From Perkinsus chesapeaki ATCC PRA-425 (lineage: Eukaryota > Protista > Perkinsozoa): a stretch of DNA of 35,050 bases. Position numbers and translations under genes: made by a program. Shown here one piece after another: positions 31,075 to 35,050 of this stretch (position 1 is the stretch's first letter; every line of letters starts with the position of its first letter). Below the pieces are notes generated by a model that ran no database searches, had not been told where the DNA came from, and was given only the letters and a program-made list of their open reading frames with translations. Where the stretch lies: NCBI GenBank assembly GCA_013115145.1, contig JAAPAO010000372.1, positions 1 through 35,050 on the forward strand, in the 5' to 3' direction.

Positions 31075-34000
31075 TCACCTCCATCTGTTCTCAAGCGCCT
31101 TCCTCGATGACATTCTTGTGGTTATCACAATGGTCGCTAACACTAATAAGAAGAACGGCATACGAATATAAGAGGATACAGTAAACCTTACCGACTGCAA
31201 TACTGATGGTCAGCAAAGGATAGTCAAAGTCAGGACCAAGCAACTGAGCAAGATCCGATACACCGAACGCTTTAGCATTTCGCAACCTACATCGTATCTT
31301 TGAGCAGTGTTAGTCGGGCTCATGTACATATCGAGCCCAATTACAACCAGGAGAGATGTCGATTCGAAATGCGTAGGAGCTGCAAGAAATATTCAAGGCT
31401 ACCACGATGCTGCTGCTGCTGTTCAGCTTACTTGTTCGAATGAACTTTATGTTTTCAACTTCATTATCATAGGACACTATATCTGTACTCTTGATGGGAA
31501 CAAGAGGTGTGTAACTGACAAGAAAGCAAACTGCAGCTTGCTTTCAAGAATTTTGATAATTTCTTGGGAGGCAAAAATCACAGCGATTAAAAGCTGTTCA
31601 AGAGTAGCTGTTTGATGATATAAAAAGCCTTGCCGCGGAGGAAGGAGGTTTCAATCGGTCTAGAATGGTGGCACGGTAGCACTGCCACTAGTGCCACTGG
31701 AGGGCGGCGGCGGCGGCACTGCCACCCTCCACTTTTGAACCACATGCCCCAGCAACTTGGTATTAAATGCATCTTCACATCTACGAAAGACGCATCCAAT
31801 CACAATTTGAACTCAATTTTCACCCAATCATGCATCCCGCATGATTGGAGATCTTGTACAGATACGACACCAAATTGATATCATCAATGGTACTCATAAT
31901 CCTCAAGTTTTTACTTCATTTCGACGTGGAATATCCTGATTTTAGTTAACTTTCCCAACGAACGCGAACGTGATGATGTTGTTATATCATTCCCGCAAGC
32001 GACTAACGATTAAAGTTAACCTACGGAGGCACTGAAGCATCATGTTCCTTATCCCCAGCGATATTCTGTAGTCTGCTCGAGCGATCGCTCACAGGTTTGC
32101 TGAGAGGAATGATCGACATCGTTTAAGCAGCTCGATAACTTACACAGTTTGCCGACGCGGGTTGAGAACCGTGTCCTTATTCACAGCCAGCACCTTGCCA
32201 GACGCCAGCCCGAAGAAGACGCTCCTAGGCGTCACTCCCTTTTGAGTGGTACTGACTCCGATGCTAGTAACTGACAACACAATCCGCACGTAAGCGCTGA
32301 ACCTGTGCCCTTACCGGCTTGAGGGAACACGAACTGCTGTGTAGCCGATATAGGCATCTCCAAAGCGTAAGCTGATACTCTGGTGGCATTACCTGATAAT
32401 GACAATGAAGGGCGCCGAGAATTTTCGAAACCAATACCAAACGAATGCGCAAGTTCTGTAGAGGAATTCTTAAACTAGAAGCTCTGGGATCAGCAAGTCA
32501 ACAGCAATAATGGATTTACGAGACCAAGCTACTGTAATGATGATGATGACCAAACTATAATAACAGAACACAGAAGTGTGGCCTTATACGAGAGCTGATA
32601 ATAATGATAACGTGATTATGGGTCTTTATAGGAGCACGAAACAAGGGACTGGTGAAGGAGGAACATCAGGTGATGTCATGTCCAGGAAGGATGCTTCAAT
32701 TGACTAATTCTAAAAGAGTTCTACATTATATCTCAACACCTTAGAAAGATCTCCTCCTAAGGAGCCACTCCCGATGAATACTTTTCTGTGAGTTGGCTCC
32801 CCGATGAGAACTACGTTTATACGGCTACTATATAATTTGATGCTCGTTAAGGTAACAATTTATACTTATACGATGGCGCTCATTATGAAAAAGCAACCAA
32901 GTAGGATAATGATACACTGCAGAGCACACCTCTGATCACGGCAGGCTCACCCTCAATGGCGCCATCAGTGGCCTTAGCAGCAGCCTTTGACATTTTCATT
33001 GTATCCCAGAAACCGTAGTCATCCCTATCCTTGAACAGATCCACAACAAGAAGCTCGTATCTGATAGGAAACCAATGATAATGACTATTTTGTTAACACC
33101 CTTGAGTGAACATAAACATGAATCCTGACCACTAAGCGGTGAGTCAATTGAGGAACTCACAGACTCAATAAAAAGTCTTTTTCGACACCATCAAAATATG
33201 TCTAGGGTTTATAAAAACTGGGAGAATGAAGAAATATGTGAAACGCCGAAAAATGTACGATGTAAACTCCTGTACAGCTCAGATGTTAGCAGATACGCAA
33301 GTCGTATAGTGAATCTACTTTCTTTAAAATGTGGCTGAAAAACTAACATAACCAACTACTGCTGACATACGCTATATTTTATCTGTTTTATAATGAAAAC
33401 TGAATGATAAATTGCTGAGTTTGTGCGAATTTCGTAGACTCAAAAAACTGATGCGAAATGCTTGTACCTAATATTAGGCATCGTGCCTAATATTTACAAT
33501 GAATCCTGTACGCAAAGAATATAATAGAAAATCGCGGATATCGAATGGTCGAAGAGCGCTACCTGTTGGCCTTATCGTTGCGGTAATAAACAACAGCTGA
33601 GTTATCAAAGATGACCATAAGAGGATCGGCGGCATGAGGTATCTGAGGTCAAAGTATGCATTTCAGACGGCTAAAAGATATGCCGACGTACCTTGGTCTC
33701 ATAGACTAGTGCTCCTGTGACAGAATCTACCATCCTCACAATAACATACCCTTGAGCGTTCTCCGTCACCACGCCTGAAAATAGGTGCCAATAGTCAGCT
33801 ATTAGTGGGCCGCTAATATGAACAATAAGAGTGTATGTAGCTTTCTGAGCTTATTAATCCTTTCCTTCTCATAGGAAGACTAAGTGGCCCGAATTGACCC
33901 ATGGAGAGATCAATTCTTCATAGTGCGATAAAGATACTCTTCCTCCACCTTACCAATAAGGTTCGAGTTGATATATCTATACAGCACCGAGGCATCACTC

Positions 34001-35050
34001 TTAACCACCACTGGCACATGTCCAAAGTAGTCCTGCTGTGGTTCGACAATCGATACCAGTCTCTCAGAATCATCTATTATACACATTACAGTCCGGAACA
34101 ACAAGCCACGAGGCTGCTCACCGTTGAATCTGACAGTCCAAGCCTCCTTGCCTTCATAATACCCGATAAAGTCAGTGCCGTTCAGAGAATATGTATGACC
34201 AACGGAGCTTGCGGGGAGAGAACCAGACTCAGCGATTTCACCTGAGCATAAGCACGGCGATAGGGTAAGGAGCAATAGAATCATAGACGATATCTGCGAG
34301 GGTGGGAAATATCGCTAGTGCGTTGTACAGAAAGATATGCATAATGCATCCCTAGTACGAGCGGCTTATACTCGTTCATATATACTCGTGTTTATAATCG
34401 TATAGAAGTCGACATTCCCACATCGCGTTTATTGGCATCATCTAGGAACCCAATTTAAAACATTTTAGAATTCTTTCCCTCAGATCACATTTCCATGAGG
34501 CCCTTACCAGTAGCCGGCTCGATGTAGTCATACTTTCCATTAGAATGGGACACTCTCAGCCATATCTTAGGGCCGTTCTTTACACTGAATTTAAACACCC
34601 TCGCCAGGAATCGAACCCACGACATTTCGATTACCGATCTATAATGCAATCCTTCTCCTCCATCTTGGACCATAGTATCTCGGACGTCGATAAATCGATC
34701 GAGAAGAGTTTGCCGGTTTCGGACAAAACCACCGCCAGCTTAAGATGAGGTCCAATCAGGTTCGCCAATTGCGCCTGGACAGGCGTGAGTTCAACCCCCC
34801 GTACCTCCTTTTTTACCTCATTCTCCGGCTGCCTTCCAGCCACCACACCATTAATAATTTTCTCGCGCGCCACAGGAGCTTTCTGTATCTTCTCTTTCCT
34901 CCCAATACCTACCAAAACCCCCTCCCGTCAAAACCACAATAAGTGTGAATTACTTGCAACTTTGCCGTCGAACCAGTCGCTAACTCGTCCCAACAGCACT
35001 TGCATCTCCGCCGCCGATGTCGGTATGATATCCATTAGCCCACCAACAGC
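31075..35050 (-). CDS. EMC1: ER membrane protein complex subunit 1, multi-exon, 5' truncated by the window
   Basis: KLAVVLSETGKLFSIDLSTSEILWS; VKSDASVLYRYINSNLI; IGVSTTQKGVTPRSVFFGLASGKVL..LNPRRQ; HFESTSLLVVIGLD..PDFDYPLLTISIAV + TM + KALENRWR*. These match the hallmark EMC1/DUF1620 motifs. Confidence 0.9.
34585..34634 (-). other. 50-nt EMC1 intron carrying a sense tRNA-like 3' half
   Basis: Intron reads GTAATCGAAATGTC-GTGGG-TTCGATT-CCTGG-CGAGGGT-G-TTTAAATTCAG. Splicing restores IIDR|VKNGPK. Confidence 0.72.

Overview
This is eukaryotic protist DNA, not bacterial. It has densely packed genes with many short (about 40-55 nt) GT-AG introns, which the ORF track splits or misses. The style suggests a Perkinsus-like alveolate (inference). 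Contents, in order: the 3' part of an apparently intact Ty3/gypsy-type LTR retrotransposon; three dispersed, highly diverged paralogs of a signal-peptide protein; a RING-H2 + EF-hand gene; tRNA-Gly(CCC); a CHK2-like FHA kinase; an FMR1/FXR-like Agenet+KH gene; a twin-Cx9C protein; a catalytically degenerate REXO-type exonuclease + RRM gene with a U2A'-like N-terminal motif; EMC1; and several hypothetical genes. Two signals stand out. (1) The three secreted-protein paralogs have diverged strongly in coding sequence yet share a 160-nt 3' element with only 2-3 differences between copies, plus a shared upstream motif, like a variable gene inside a constant cassette. (2) About seven short introns in three unrelated genes consist largely of tRNA-gene 3' ends (B-box, acceptor strand, T-run), mostly antisense. 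All exon structures were assembled by eye.
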